Assembly: GCA_028534125.1 (NCBI GenBank)
Contig: CM052817.1
Span: forward strand, 58,964,001 to 59,028,000
Length of the DNA stretch: 64,000 bases
Direction of reading: 5' to 3'
DNA from: Lama glama
Taxonomy: Eukaryota
This document shows positions 13,720 through 25,523 of the stretch, one piece after another. The notes under the pieces were generated by a model. The model was not told the origin of the DNA and searched no databases. It worked only from the letters and a program-made list of their open reading frames with translations. The position numbers were made by a program, and so were the translations under genes. Position 1 is the stretch's first letter. Each line of letters opens with the position of its first letter.

Positions 13720-14475
13720 AGTTCACATCTTCCTTATGATTTGTTTTCCTATCAATGACAACAAAATTTTTCAAGTCACCAAGGTCCCAACTTCAAAATT
13801 ATCTTTGACCTCATCTTTTCTTTGCCATCAAATGAAGCCAGTCACAGAATCTTATCAATTCTATCTTCTGAATTTACATACATACTCCCTTTCCTACTGC
13901 CACTCCTGAATAAACATACAATTTGTTTCAACTTTCCTGCAGCCTCATCTTCTCTTTCCTTCTATGCATACATTACACTTCAGCCAGATAACTTTCTCTT
14001 CCCCAAATGGTCCCCTTGTTTCTTAACATCCTGCCTTTGTTTATGCCAAACCATCTCCTTGTGATTTATTTTTCTTACCATATATTGCACAAATCCTCCT
14101 TATCCTTCAAGATTTTGCTTAAATTACATTTAATTTTAAAAAATGGAACTTTGCTTTATAAGAACAACTATAATTAGCCATTCTTAGTCTGCTGTTATCC
14201 TTCATTTAGATAAGGTTTTCTCTAAACGATACCTGCAGGGACCATTTCCTCATTTCATGGAGTTCTCTTCTCTTTCCCGACTATCCTACTTAAGAGGTGA
14301 ATATATCACTTCTTTACACATTGTAGATTTGGTAATTTTTACTGTCTTTCTCCTGTCACTAGAATCCACGATAAGAGCACTAAGACTTCCTTCTGTTCCC
14401 TGCTGAATCCCCAGTCTTCCCAAACTGTCTCTGTCATAGAGTACCTCAGAAAGTGTGTGCTCAATTAATAAATGT
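13720..14475 (+). mobile_element. L2 LINE fragments including 3' end
   Basis: Pyrimidine-rich L2 body (ccagtcacagaatcttatcaattctatcttc); 3' end gctgaatccccagt..gtgctcaattaataaatg. Confidence 0.7.
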
Positions 14476-15148
14476 CCAGTCAGAAGTAATCTCCTCTCTT
14501 ATACCTTCTTATAGTACTTAATGTGTCCTAGCTATATTGTCATTTTTGCCATTTTGTTTATTTTGTTTATATTCTTGTACTAGCTTTAAAGAGGAGATTT
14601 TCATAATTTATTCTACACTTATCCTAGTACATTACATGTAACAGGCTCACAGTAAGAATTTTTAATATGTGTTGCCTTAATGAGCTACTCTCATGTAACA
14701 ACAGTGATTAATAAGTAGATACTGTGATTTTAGTATCAAAAAGTTCAAATTTTCTATGGAATCCTTAGTAAGTATAAGAGTAGGTGAGTACTTTGTTTTA
14801 AGAACTTTTTAAAAAATACCATGGTTTACTTTCTTGAATTTTCTGCATTGCCTTTAAAATGTTATAGATCAGTTGTTCCAAAAATACGTAAAAATGTATT
14901 CCTATTTTCTAATAACTTCATTATTTTATTGCAATAGCATATTATAGGATCTTTAGGACCTCATAAGTGGTACAAAACAATATTTTAATTCCTGTTAACC
15001 TTGTTATAAAACTATATTTGCCTTTATGGATTTCTTTTAAAAACTTTAAGACAGAAAGATAAAATAGGCAGAATATCAATGTGTATACTAATAAGGCTTC
15101 TAGAATATTAATAATCATATTAATAAGGACTTTAGAAGTACCCTGGCA

Positions 15149-15378
15149 CACAGAAGTTAAGCCCATACCTTCTGGAACCAGATGTCTGCGTTTGTTGCCT
15201 TACTCTCCCATTCACTTTTCTGACTCAGTTTCTTCATATGAAAAAATAAATACAATAAAAATAATTAACTCAAAACACTTTTATAACCATAGAATTTGTT
15301 AGTCTATGTAAAGAACTTAAAACAGTATCTTACCTGGTGGACCTATATAAGTGCCAGCTAATTTTTTTATCATTATTA
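15149..15378 (+). mobile_element. MIR SINE, degraded
   Basis: ctcagtttcttcatatgaaaaa core; tatgtaaagaacttaaaacagtatct tail. Confidence 0.65.
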
Positions 15379-16518
15379 GGGGAATGTCACAGTTGATCAT
15401 GATTTTTCAGAAGTTCAGGTGTCAATGATCAGCCTGTAGAATGAAAAACTTTTAGCACTCCCAGAGCAGATCCATCACTCATAGGCAGACCCACATGAAA
15501 ATGAGTCCCTGCACTTGATGTAAAAATTCAGGATTCTAATTTACCCATGCACAATAAGAATGCTAACAGTACTAGGGGAGCAGATAAATTATTCAACCTT
15601 GTTTCCACATGGGTGGCACAAAGGAAGCCAAGTTGTAATCAAAATGGCTTAGTGAGCATGTTAATTAAAGAAGGAATTGGTTGTTTGATTTTGATATTAA
15701 GTGACATTATGCTAAAAATAAGCCTGTGGGGCAGTATTCTTGGAACTGAATATCCTCTTCCTGGGAGGAGATGTTTTCCCCCATGCTATGCTTCCTGGAC
15801 TAAACAAACTCCGTTCTGGATGATATATTTTTCTGTCGGGTATATTAATTGTGATATATTACTAAAAACTGAGAAATGTTTTCTGTCACTTTAAGGAGAC
15901 TTGTCAATATTTCAGGCTATCTATACACTTTAAGAGAGAAATCTTGTTTTACTGTAAATTGTTATGTTTGTAAAAGCATCCCTGTAGCCCCCAAATACTG
16001 TTACCATTTACTATGGATAAAGTGATGAATACAATTGTTATTAAAAATACAACAGAAAAGAATATTGTAATACTATGTTATAGAAAACAGTTAACTTCTT
16101 CTTAGCTTTTATTTTATCCTAATAAATTCTGACATGTCGCAAAGTAGTTCACTGTTGCAGAGTAGGTAACAGAAGTCACAACCAAATATTTGTTTCATTT
16201 TTTTCAGAGAAAATTCATGTAGTAATTAATCCTAAACCCTTTGAACATCAAGCTGAGCTCAACATGAAATATGTATTTTAGTATTCATGGTTCAGCTTGC
16301 CTACTCTGTTTGTATTATGTGATTTCAGTAAGGTTTGAATACACACTGACATGCACACACATGCACACACACACACATTTCTGCAAATCTAAAGCCATAT
16401 CCTAATGTAAAGCAAGCAGGTGAGCATATTTATTCCAAAATGGTTAAATGATCTCTTAAAATAAAACAAACAAACCAAAAATTTTGAAACATAAAGATAT
16501 AAAAAATAAAAACTTCCT

Positions 16519-16630
16519 CTAGAGATCTATTATTAAACATTGTACCTGTGGTCAACAACAGTGTGTTGTATACTTAAACATTTTTTAAATAGATCTTGTT
16601 TTAAGTGTTTTTCCCACAATAAATTAAAAT
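16519..16630 (+). mobile_element. L1 3' end fragment (L1MA-like)
   Basis: ctagagatctatt..aacagtgtgttgtatacttaaa..tagatcttgttttaagtgtt. Confidence 0.7.
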
Positions 16631-17405
16631 TTGGAATAATGAAAAAGACTAACAACACATAATAAAAAAAACCTTTTTGTTCTGTAACCTCATATTGTAC
16701 TTAAATTTAGATTTGGATATTTCTGAAGAAAACATTCAACTTGTTTTGAATAGAATGGTTCCCCTTAGTGTTAAATGCCCACTGTAGACATGCAAATGTT
16801 TCTTCTATATGAGCTGCAAATGGACCAAGAGACCACAAGTAAAATATTTAGTGCTAACTTTAAGGTGGAAATATGTCTTCCTTATTGAGCTATAACTTTA
16901 CTCTGAGAAATATTTCTGGAAAGAAAAGATTTATTTTAATATTTCTGCATTTAACTGGAAGCTGTTCACAATGAATGATTTTGCTTTAGTGAGGCATCAT
17001 TTTCCAAAAGAAAAATAAGAAAGAAACAGGTGAGGCTATCAGTGAAAAGTGAGATGTGACACCCACTATATTAAACTATATAATTGTCTATTATCACTCT
17101 GTTTTATACTGGACAAATGCTATAATTGTTTAATGAATTTTACTACTTCAGTTGTCGGTAATTCAGAATTTGTGATCATTTGGTGTCAGTTGAGTGGAAA
17201 GAAATTCTCTCACAATGTGAGAGACAAAGGTTGACCATACACAGAATTATAATGCACTAAAATCTACTTAAGATAACCCTTTTAAAAACTTTGAATAGCT
17301 AATATTTTATGCACAATAAGATGCAATAAAATGTAATTTAAAACAATTTTTGTCAGCAGTATTTTCAGAAAGTATTTTTGGGACATAACATCCTCTCCCT
17401 GGAAG

Positions 17406-18055
17406 TGTTGCTGGTGGTGACTAGCAACACTTTTCTTGTGGCAGAAAGAATTCAGAGACAGGACATGGAGGCTAAGAAAGTAAAGTAGGGATTTATCAAG
17501 TGATGGATAGTACACTCTCAAGCGGAGAGCAAACAGGCTCAGGTGAGCAGCTTCCCTGAGTGTTTTTGTTTTTGTACGTTGATTACATATAGTGTAAAAA
17601 TGAACAGGTGGAATAGTTATTGGGAGAAGGAGGGGTTGGGGATTCTATTCCCTAATTTTCATCCCAACTCCACCTTCCTGAAGGGAGGAGGGATTTTTCT
17701 CCTTAGTTAGTCTGGATTAGAAGTGTCGTGGTGTTGGTGCATGATCAGTACTTCTAATCAGCAAGGCTAATTATTGAAATGAGGGCATAATGAGCAAAAG
17801 GTTACATTCAGACACGAGATTTCTGCCTTTTTCTACCTTTCTTTTTTGGCCTCCAGGCCACTTGTCACCTCAAAATGTGTGACAACTTATCAGCCCTGAG
17901 ATTGCTGCTTTTCTTTCTCTGCCCAGGGACCCCTGGTGCTTTCATGACGTAGAGTTTCCTGCATTGGGCCCCGTGCGTCTCCTTTCTGCCCAATTCCTGC
18001 CATTTGGCCTGCATCCCCTTCTGTGCTCATATCTAGCTATTTGCCTGCTCTAAGA
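17406..18055 (-). mobile_element. ERV1-class solo LTR, copy A
   Basis: TG start; 4-bp TSD GAAG at 17402-17405 and 18056-18059; colinear with copy at 29744-30374. Confidence 0.9.
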
Positions 18056-18154
18056 GAAGAATTTCAACTCTTTCACAATGATATGCTTCCTGGGTTAAGC
18101 AAACTCCTTTCTGCCTGACACATGAAAATATATTCCAGATAAGTTGAGTTAATA

Positions 18155-18615
18155 ACAATATTTAATAATAACTTGCATTTTTAAAGCACTTTAGTTTGTT
18201 TTAATTAATGTCTCATATTACAACACTCGATTATTTTTTCAATCCTGTGATACAAAGTAGGCATTTTAATCTGCATTTAAAGTGAAGTTATTGAAGCTCA
18301 AAGAGATTGTGATTATTTAAAATCATACAAATAGTTAGTTGCACATATAAGTAACTGACCTCAAATTTATTCATTGACTACTTATTATATGACAGGCCCC
18401 ACACTGATATGCAAAAATAAATCCATCATGCTTATTTATACAGTCCTTACTAAACACCAGATAATATTCCAAGCGCTTTACAAATATAATTCATTTAATC
18501 AATTTACAAATGAGAAAATGAGGTAGAGAGAGTTTAAATTGTCTAGCGTCACCAGTATATTGAGAGAGACAGAATAAGAAACCATGTATCCATAATCACA
18601 ACACTATGCCTCTTC
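18155..18615 (-). mobile_element. Two degraded MIR SINEs
   Basis: ctgcatttaaagtgaagttattgaagctcaaagag and atttacaaatgagaaaatgaggtagagagagttt cores. Confidence 0.65.
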
Positions 18616-19939
18616 TATTACATAGGTCTAGGAAACAGGAACCTAAGAGCTATTGCTGAAAATGATTTTAAATTCTGAAAAGATGGTACAAATGAAATCT
18701 AAATTAAACTTGCTACAAAAATTAATTGCACATTGTAAGTAAAAAAGAGGTTTGGGAAAATTAAAAAAAGATTAAAGAAATTAAAAAATAAAAATATGAG
18801 GATAATTGAAAGCTAAACAGCATTATTAAAAAAGTCTAGATGGAGGCAAGATTCTAAAGTATCATGATGGAAGTGAAATGCTCTATGAATGTTATCTTAA
18901 AGATACATATTCAAGGGACTTGTTGAAGTCATCGGCATATTCTATTATTTAAAAACAAAAATATAGTTTTCATGATTTTGTTTTAATTAAATATTTTGTA
19001 TTGCAGTGAAATGGGATGCATATTTGTTCTCAAAGCATTGATGTGAGCCAGTTTTCTGACACTCATTTTCCTTACAGTCTTCAAAGAGGCTGTGATATTC
19101 ACAAAGAGTTTCAGCCATACAAACATGATCAAGACCTTGGTGTTCTTACGAAAGAGAGTTTGTTCAACTTAGAAACATTTGGGAAAAGAAGCAGTTGCAA
19201 AAAGATTAAAAACAAAGAGCAAGGATAGTTGAGGGTTCAAATATGTTTATGCTTTCATATATATTATTTGTCAGAGTCACAGGGGCACAAACTTCAAAAT
19301 TAATTCAGTTCACAGCAGGATTAACTTCTAGAGTTGATGTGTTTATACAGCAGTGCTGTGACCTCAGATCTTACACACTGTTGCTTTTAATCACCTTAGT
19401 AAGTTTACACTTTCACTGTAAAAAATAATGACACTCTGAGTAAGAGTGAAGGGTATGAAAAGTATGCAATAGAAAGCTACAGAGAAAAAGAGGTTAATAA
19501 TCATCCAACAGCCTAAGATGCTGTTCTCTCTACCCATCACTCCCCCAGTGCACACACACACACCCCCACATGTGAGCTCAGAGAAAGAAAAATATAGTTC
19601 TGTCTAGTACTTTTTACCTCACTGGAATTAATCATGCAAGTTATAACTACTATTGGTATAGATTTTGTGCTAAATCTTTTATTAATCCTCTCAACCGTTT
19701 TATAAGGGGAGACCTGCTAGTGTCTCACTGTGGAGATAAAGCAACCAAGCCTTAAAGTGATTAGTTGGCAGAGACAAGACTCTCCTCTGTGGGATTCAAA
19801 TTATTATGTTGTGGAAGAGGGTCCCTTGTTAAAAACCAATTTTCAAAACTGCTGTGGTTCATGGTCCCGCTTCATGGTTTAAATCATCTTGTGGCATTGT
19901 CCTAAAGACTCTCAAGAGTAATAGGCACTTTGTTAAATT

Positions 19940-20095
19940 TTGCTGAACATTAAAACCATTTGTCTGGGAAGTTACAAAAAAAAAAAAATTCCCATGCCTA
20001 GGTCACACCCCATACCAATTAAATCACAATTGTTGGAAGTTCTACCCAGGCATAAGATTTTTTTTTTTTTTTTGGTAATTTTCCGGATGATTCCA
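19940..20095. mobile_element. MER5-type hAT-Charlie fragment
   Basis: catgcctaggtcacaccccataccaattaaatcacaat..ccaggcat..ttccggatgattc. Confidence 0.7.
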
Positions 20096-20329
20096 GAAAA
20101 TAGTCATACCAGTCTTCTAGCTACCTTGCTCCCTACCATTAGTGCTTGTACAGTTTTTCTGTCACACCAACATAGTTATCCAGTCTCCACCCAGTCCAAA
20201 TGTCCCTGGTATTAGCTTTGACTGTCAAAACAGTTCTTAGGTTAATTCAAAATCTGTCTTTCTTCTTTCCATCCTTTTGTGTTCATCCTGCCTCATTGGC
20301 ATAATGCAATTTTTATATCTATTTACATG

Positions 20330-21615
20330 TGACAATATATTGGAAGTCATTTTTTTAGTCCCCTGAGTTTTCACTTTTCCAGGATAATCCATTTATTTCT
20401 TTTAACTGCTTCTCTTATGATATTACTTCAAATCTTATTATCCTAGTAACTTTCTCTTGACTAGACTCGTTGTCAGTATGATATCTTGGAAAGAACTTGG
20501 ATTTTAGAGTCATAATGCCTTTTGTTTACATTCCATACTGGCTACTTACTAGCCTTGTGGACTTGGAAAAGTTATTTAATTTTCTCAGCTTCCCTTCTGC
20601 CACAAATAATGCTACTTCATGAAATTTTTATGAATATAAAATGAGATCTTCAGAGTAGGAGTAAGATTCTTAGAAGCTCTGAGCACTGAAAATTGAGTGA
20701 TTTATCACAGTCCACTTCATCTCCCCAACATACATAATTCAAATGAAAATAATAATAAACCGACAATAAGAAAGGAATCCAATTAAGTTCTAGGTATTTT
20801 TCCCTTCATTAATAATTGCTGATTCTTTAAAATCATTAACAGCAAGTATACAATTCATTAAATACATATGCCCATTTCTTTGTACCTTCATTCTGCTGGT
20901 ACTCCAAAGATACGTTTAACCTAACCCTGAATAACATAGGGCTAAAAAATGCCCAGATGTGGTTCTGCTTGGTAAATTTGAGAACTGAGCAGATATGTAT
21001 GACTTTAGAGAAGTTGTTTAACCTCTTCCACAAACTTCAGTTTCCTACATTGTAAAATAAAGATAAGATATGCCTTGGGGATTATTGTAAAGATTGTGAA
21101 AATCTCAGAGGATTAAAATAAATGATGTATAGAAAGTGCTTATAAGTGATCACAAACAGTAGATACAGTGTAGTAGGTGAAAACTTCAGCCCTGAGGCTA
21201 TCTTGAGTTGAAATCTTAGCTTAGAGTTTACTGGCTCTGAAACCTTGAGCAAATTATGTAATGTATGTGTCTTAGTTTACTTCTTAAAAAATGGGGATAA
21301 AAATACATCCACTGAGTAAGATTTTTGTGAGTTTTAAATAACTGATGCTCTTAATACGTTTAGCACAAAATAAGGTTTCTATAATGTTCACTATTATCAT
21401 TCCAAAAATAACAGTAATTTGTGTTAGGCATGAAAATATCTGGCACTTGGTAGGCATGCAAGGCGTGATGGCATAATTTTCTTTTTAAGTGAGGGGCCCA
21501 TAATTGAACACATTACTGATATCTAGAAACTGCCTGCACATTGTAGCTACTCAGTGAATATATGTTGAGTGAATGAATGAATGTGGCCTGACTACAAAAT
21601 AGGAAGGGATTATAT
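20330..21615 (-). mobile_element. CR1/L3 LINE remnant split by later MIR and L2 insertions
   Basis: cttttccaggataa..ttctcttatgatat..atcctagtaactttctcttgact up to ~20476; resumes tttttaagtgaggggccccataattgaacacattact (~21482) and gtggcctgact (~21583). Confidence 0.55.
20476..21465 (+). mobile_element. Cluster of three MIR SINEs
   Basis: Cores gtggacttggaaaagttatttaat (~20558), cttcagtttcctacattgtaaaat (~21035), accttgagcaaattatgtaat..aaaatggggataa (~21242). Confidence 0.8.
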
Positions 21616-22059
21616 CTGTTAGAACTTTCCTCCTTGTACGTATAAATTCATAGTTCTAATTAATATAACCTAAAATACATTTGTATTTTGTTCTCTCCAA
21701 ATGACCTAAATTCCAATTAATTTTTAAAATTTAAAAAATTAGAAAGCTCTTTATTTTATTTGGAAAATAATCTATTCTTACTTATTTTTATTTGTATTAT
21801 TTTTATGAATTTCTAGTCATACTTCTGATTTTCTTACTTTGCCTGAACTGGACAGTACTGTAAGAGAAAACTTTCAAAAACATTTCTAATCTAACTCAGC
21901 ATTATATAACATATGATTATTAAATTTCAATCCCTGTGATTCAAGCTTGAGGCTCATATTACATGAAAAAAAAAAAAAAAGAGGTGCTTAATTTCTCAGT
22001 TTAGCTCAGCTTAGCACAACCTGAATCCCTTAACTTTAAACTCACTTGCTCTAGTAATT

Positions 22060-22200
22060 ATTGACACTTAGGCCTTCTGCAAGTCATTTCTGCACTCTGG
22101 GCCTTTACACTGTCATCTGTTAAATGGGGATAATATTACCTAGCTCATGAAGGTATTTTAAGAAACAGGTGAGGTGACATATTTGAAAATACCTGGGATA
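22060..22200 (+). mobile_element. MIR SINE core
   Basis: gcaagtcatttctgcactctgggcc..tcatctgttaaatgggataatattacctagctca. Confidence 0.8.
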
Positions 22201-23603
22201 TGCAATGTACACACATACATGACAACTACAGGTGTGTGTGTTCAGACAGAGAGAGCGAAAGAGAGTGACACGTTGCTTACTCAAGTATATTCTAGACAAA
22301 AGGCAATCAAATGCCCAAAATTCAGAGATTTGCTTCAATAATATGAGCACTCTGACAGTGACTATTTCAGAATGCTTATTTTCTTGAAATATGACTTGTA
22401 TTAGATTAAGGTACTTGCATTTTCTACTTGTAACAGGCCAGAGGAGGTTAATTTTAATTATAATATTCTGCACTTAAATTTTGGTAGCCTATTGCCAAAT
22501 TTTAAAATTAAGGTTTATTCATTTTGCTTTATCTGCCAACAGTAAAATCAAAAATTATTGACTTTCCTAAATAGATACCACTTGAAAGTTATATTACATT
22601 GTGAGTGCACAGAATGCAAAGTATTTCAAGGGGCACTGAGTTCTGTAACATAACTGACCCCCACTTTGATAGTTATTATCCTGGTGCGCATCTCTGACAG
22701 CCCCTTAGCTATCTAACTTTTCTTCTACTTTTCTACTTTATAAGCCAAGATGTCGTTTGATATATGTCAAAATGGTGCTAAATATTAGGCACAAGAAGAT
22801 TTGAAAACTAATATCTATAGAAGGAAAGTAGAAAACTTGGGGTATTTTAGTTTGAAAAACAGAGTGGGATAGAAAAATGATAATGACTATTAAAATTGAA
22901 TAATGTTTTTAGAACAAATAAATACTGGAAAAATTGTGATTCCATATTAGGAGTTTCAAGAGAGAAAGTCTTCTAAAAAAAAAAAACCTTAATATGTGTA
23001 CGATATATATAGACATGATGATATATTATTTAAAAATCTGTGCTGAGTGTCAAAATAAAAGGACAGCTGGACCCAACTCAATCCATTTCGCAGGAATATT
23101 GCCTGTCTCCAATATAAACTATGTTTCTATTTTTTTAAAAGTGAGTAAATTGGGGAAACAGGGAAACAATTATACTACCATGTACCAAACCATAAATATG
23201 CTCCCTACTGATTTTAACACACCACCGGGATGAAAAACTAATGAAAGGCAAGCAAGAGAGTGCCTGGTAAATTTCCTAAAGCACATTTGTATTGCATTTA
23301 TAGAATATCTTCCAGGAGAGCACATGTTATTTTTTATTAACAGAGAGCTGTAAGGAAAAAGTGCTGCTATGTTTTTTTTTTGAGAATTTAGATGTTACCC
23401 ATAGTTTTATCATTTTATTCCTAAAACGTTTTAATGAAATACTATAAAGAGAATATAATATATTTGAATGCATATAGATATCTGTATATTTCTAACATTC
23501 TTTTTCTACATTTCTTCCTGTTCCTTGGCTAAAATGACTTAAGTCAAAATTAGCTATCATAGCATGTAAACTGATATTTCTTGATTTCGATCTTACTAGA
23601 CCA

Positions 23604-23659
23604 TGTTGACTGAAAAAAAACACAATCTAAAAGTTGAGAGTTATGTTTTATTTGAGGAC
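23604..23659 (-). mobile_element. ~55-bp terminal fragment of the LTR family seen at 55564
   Basis: actgaaaaaaa..caca..aaagttgagagttatgttttatttg shared with 55568-55613. Confidence 0.85.
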
Positions 23660-24124
23660 CCATAAGAAAGAAATATCAATGTAAATTAATGACATTTTCT
23701 TAGAGATCTCAGTAGAATTTTCAGTAGCTACTGACTTCAACTTTTCACTCATGAGAGAAATGACAGATTAATTTTATCTACCAAATACTAAAATCTGTTA
23801 TTGGTCTTTTTTAAACACTTTTTATTGAGTAATAGTCATTTTACAATGTGTCAAATTCTAATGTAGAGCACAATTTTTCAGTTATATATGAACATATATA
23901 TATTCATTGTCACTTTTTTTTTTTTTGCTATGAGCTACCACAAGATCTTGTTTATATTTCCCTGTGCTATACAGTATAATCATGTTTATCTATTCTGCAT
24001 TTTAAAACCCCAGTCTGTCTCTTCCCACCCCCTTCCCCCTTGGCAACCACAAGTTTGTATTCTATGTCTATGAGTGTGTTTCTGTTTTGTATTTATGCTT
24101 TGTTTGGTTTTGTTTTTAGATTCC

Positions 24125-24484
24125 TTATATGAGCAATCTCATATGGTATTTTTCTTTATCTTTCTGGCTTACTTCGCTTAGAATGACATTCTCCAAGAAC
24201 ATCCATGTTGCTGCAAATGGTATTATGTTGTCAGTTTTTATGGCTGAATAGTATTCCATCATATAAATATACCACAACTTCTTTATCCAGTCATCTGTTG
24301 ATGGACATTTAAGCTGTTTCCATGTCTTGGCTATTGTAAATAGTGCTGCTGTGAACATTGGGGTGCAGGTGTCAATTTGAAGTAGGGTTCCTTCTGGATT
24401 TATGCCCAGGAGTGGGATTCCTGGGTCATATGGTAAGTCTATTCCTAGTCTTCTGAAGAATCTCCATACTGTTTTCCACAATGG
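24125..24484 (-). pseudogene. L1 ORF2p C-terminal remnant (~118 aa)
   Basis: WKTVWRF..LPYDPGIPLLGI..CTPMFTAALFTIAKTWKQLKCPSTDDWIKKLWYIYMMEYYSAIK..ILSEVSQ. Confidence 0.95.
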
Positions 24485-24627
24485 CTTTCCTTGCTTCCCT
24501 CTCCCACTCTTAATGATTTAGATGTATTCTTTTACAATTTTGTGTTTATTCTTTTTGTAATTCATGGCCGTTATCTCCTTTCCAGTTATGGGTTTCTCAT
24601 TTTTGTAGCATCCTGCTTCTTTTCTAT

Positions 24628-25523
24628 TTAGAGTAAACCTGTCAGTATTTCTTTTAGCATGGGTTTAGTGTTGCTAAACTCTTAGTTTTTGCTTGTCTGT
24701 GAAGTTCTTCATCTCTCCTTCTATTCTAAAGGATAGCCTTGCTGGACAGAGTATCCTAGGCTGCATCTTTTTTTCATTCAGGACTTTGAATATATCTTGC
24801 CACTCCCTTCTGGCCTGTAGTGTTTGTGTAGAGAAATCAGCTGAGAGCCTTATGGGGGTTCCCTTGGACTCACTCTTTGTTTTTCTCTTGCTGCCTTTAG
24901 GATCATTTCTTTATCCTTGACTCTGGCCATCTTGATTATAATATGTCTTGGTGTGGGTCTATTTGGGTTCTTCCTGTTTGGGACCCTCTGAGCCTCCTGT
25001 ACTTGGATATCTGATTCCTTTAGGTTTGGGAAGTTTTCAGTCATGATTTCTTCAAATACCTTTTCAATCCCCTTTGTTCTTTCTTCCCCTTCTGGAACCC
25101 CTATTATGCGTAGATTGGCATGCTTTATATTATCCCATAGCTCCCTTATATTGTTTTCATTGTTTTTATTTGTTTTTCACTCAGCTGTTCTGATTGGGTG
25201 CTTTCTGTTGTCCTGTCTTCTAGGTCACTTATTCGTTCCTCTGTATTATTTAGCCTGCTTTGTACAGCCTTTAGGTCAGATCTCATCTCAGCAAATGAGT
25301 TTATTAATTCTCCTTGGTTCTTCTTTATAGCTTCTATTTCATTTTTGACATATTTTATATCTCTATACACTATTTCTTTTAGTTCCTTCAGTACTTTGAT
25401 CACTCCTTTTTTGAAATCTTGATCTAGTAGGTCATCAATATCTATTTCCTTGATCATGCTTTCAGGGGATTTCGCTTGATCTTTTAATTGGGAGTGGTTC
25501 CTCTGCTTCTTCATATTGCTCAT
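24628..25523 (-). pseudogene. L1 ORF1p, full length with about three frameshifts
   Basis: MSNMKKQRNHSQ..SRLNNTEERISDLEDR; ENFPNL..QEAQRVPNRKNPNRPTPRHIIIKM; hand-read tail PRILCPARLSFRIEGE..KPMLKEILTGLL* ending 24628. Confidence 0.93.

Noticed and set aside
19055..19228. Good acceptor (ctgac..ttttccttacag) followed by an open frame to TAG
   Set aside because: No convincing donor or canonical poly(A) signal nearby and the peptide is unrecognisable; a terminal exon cannot be excluded but is unsupported.
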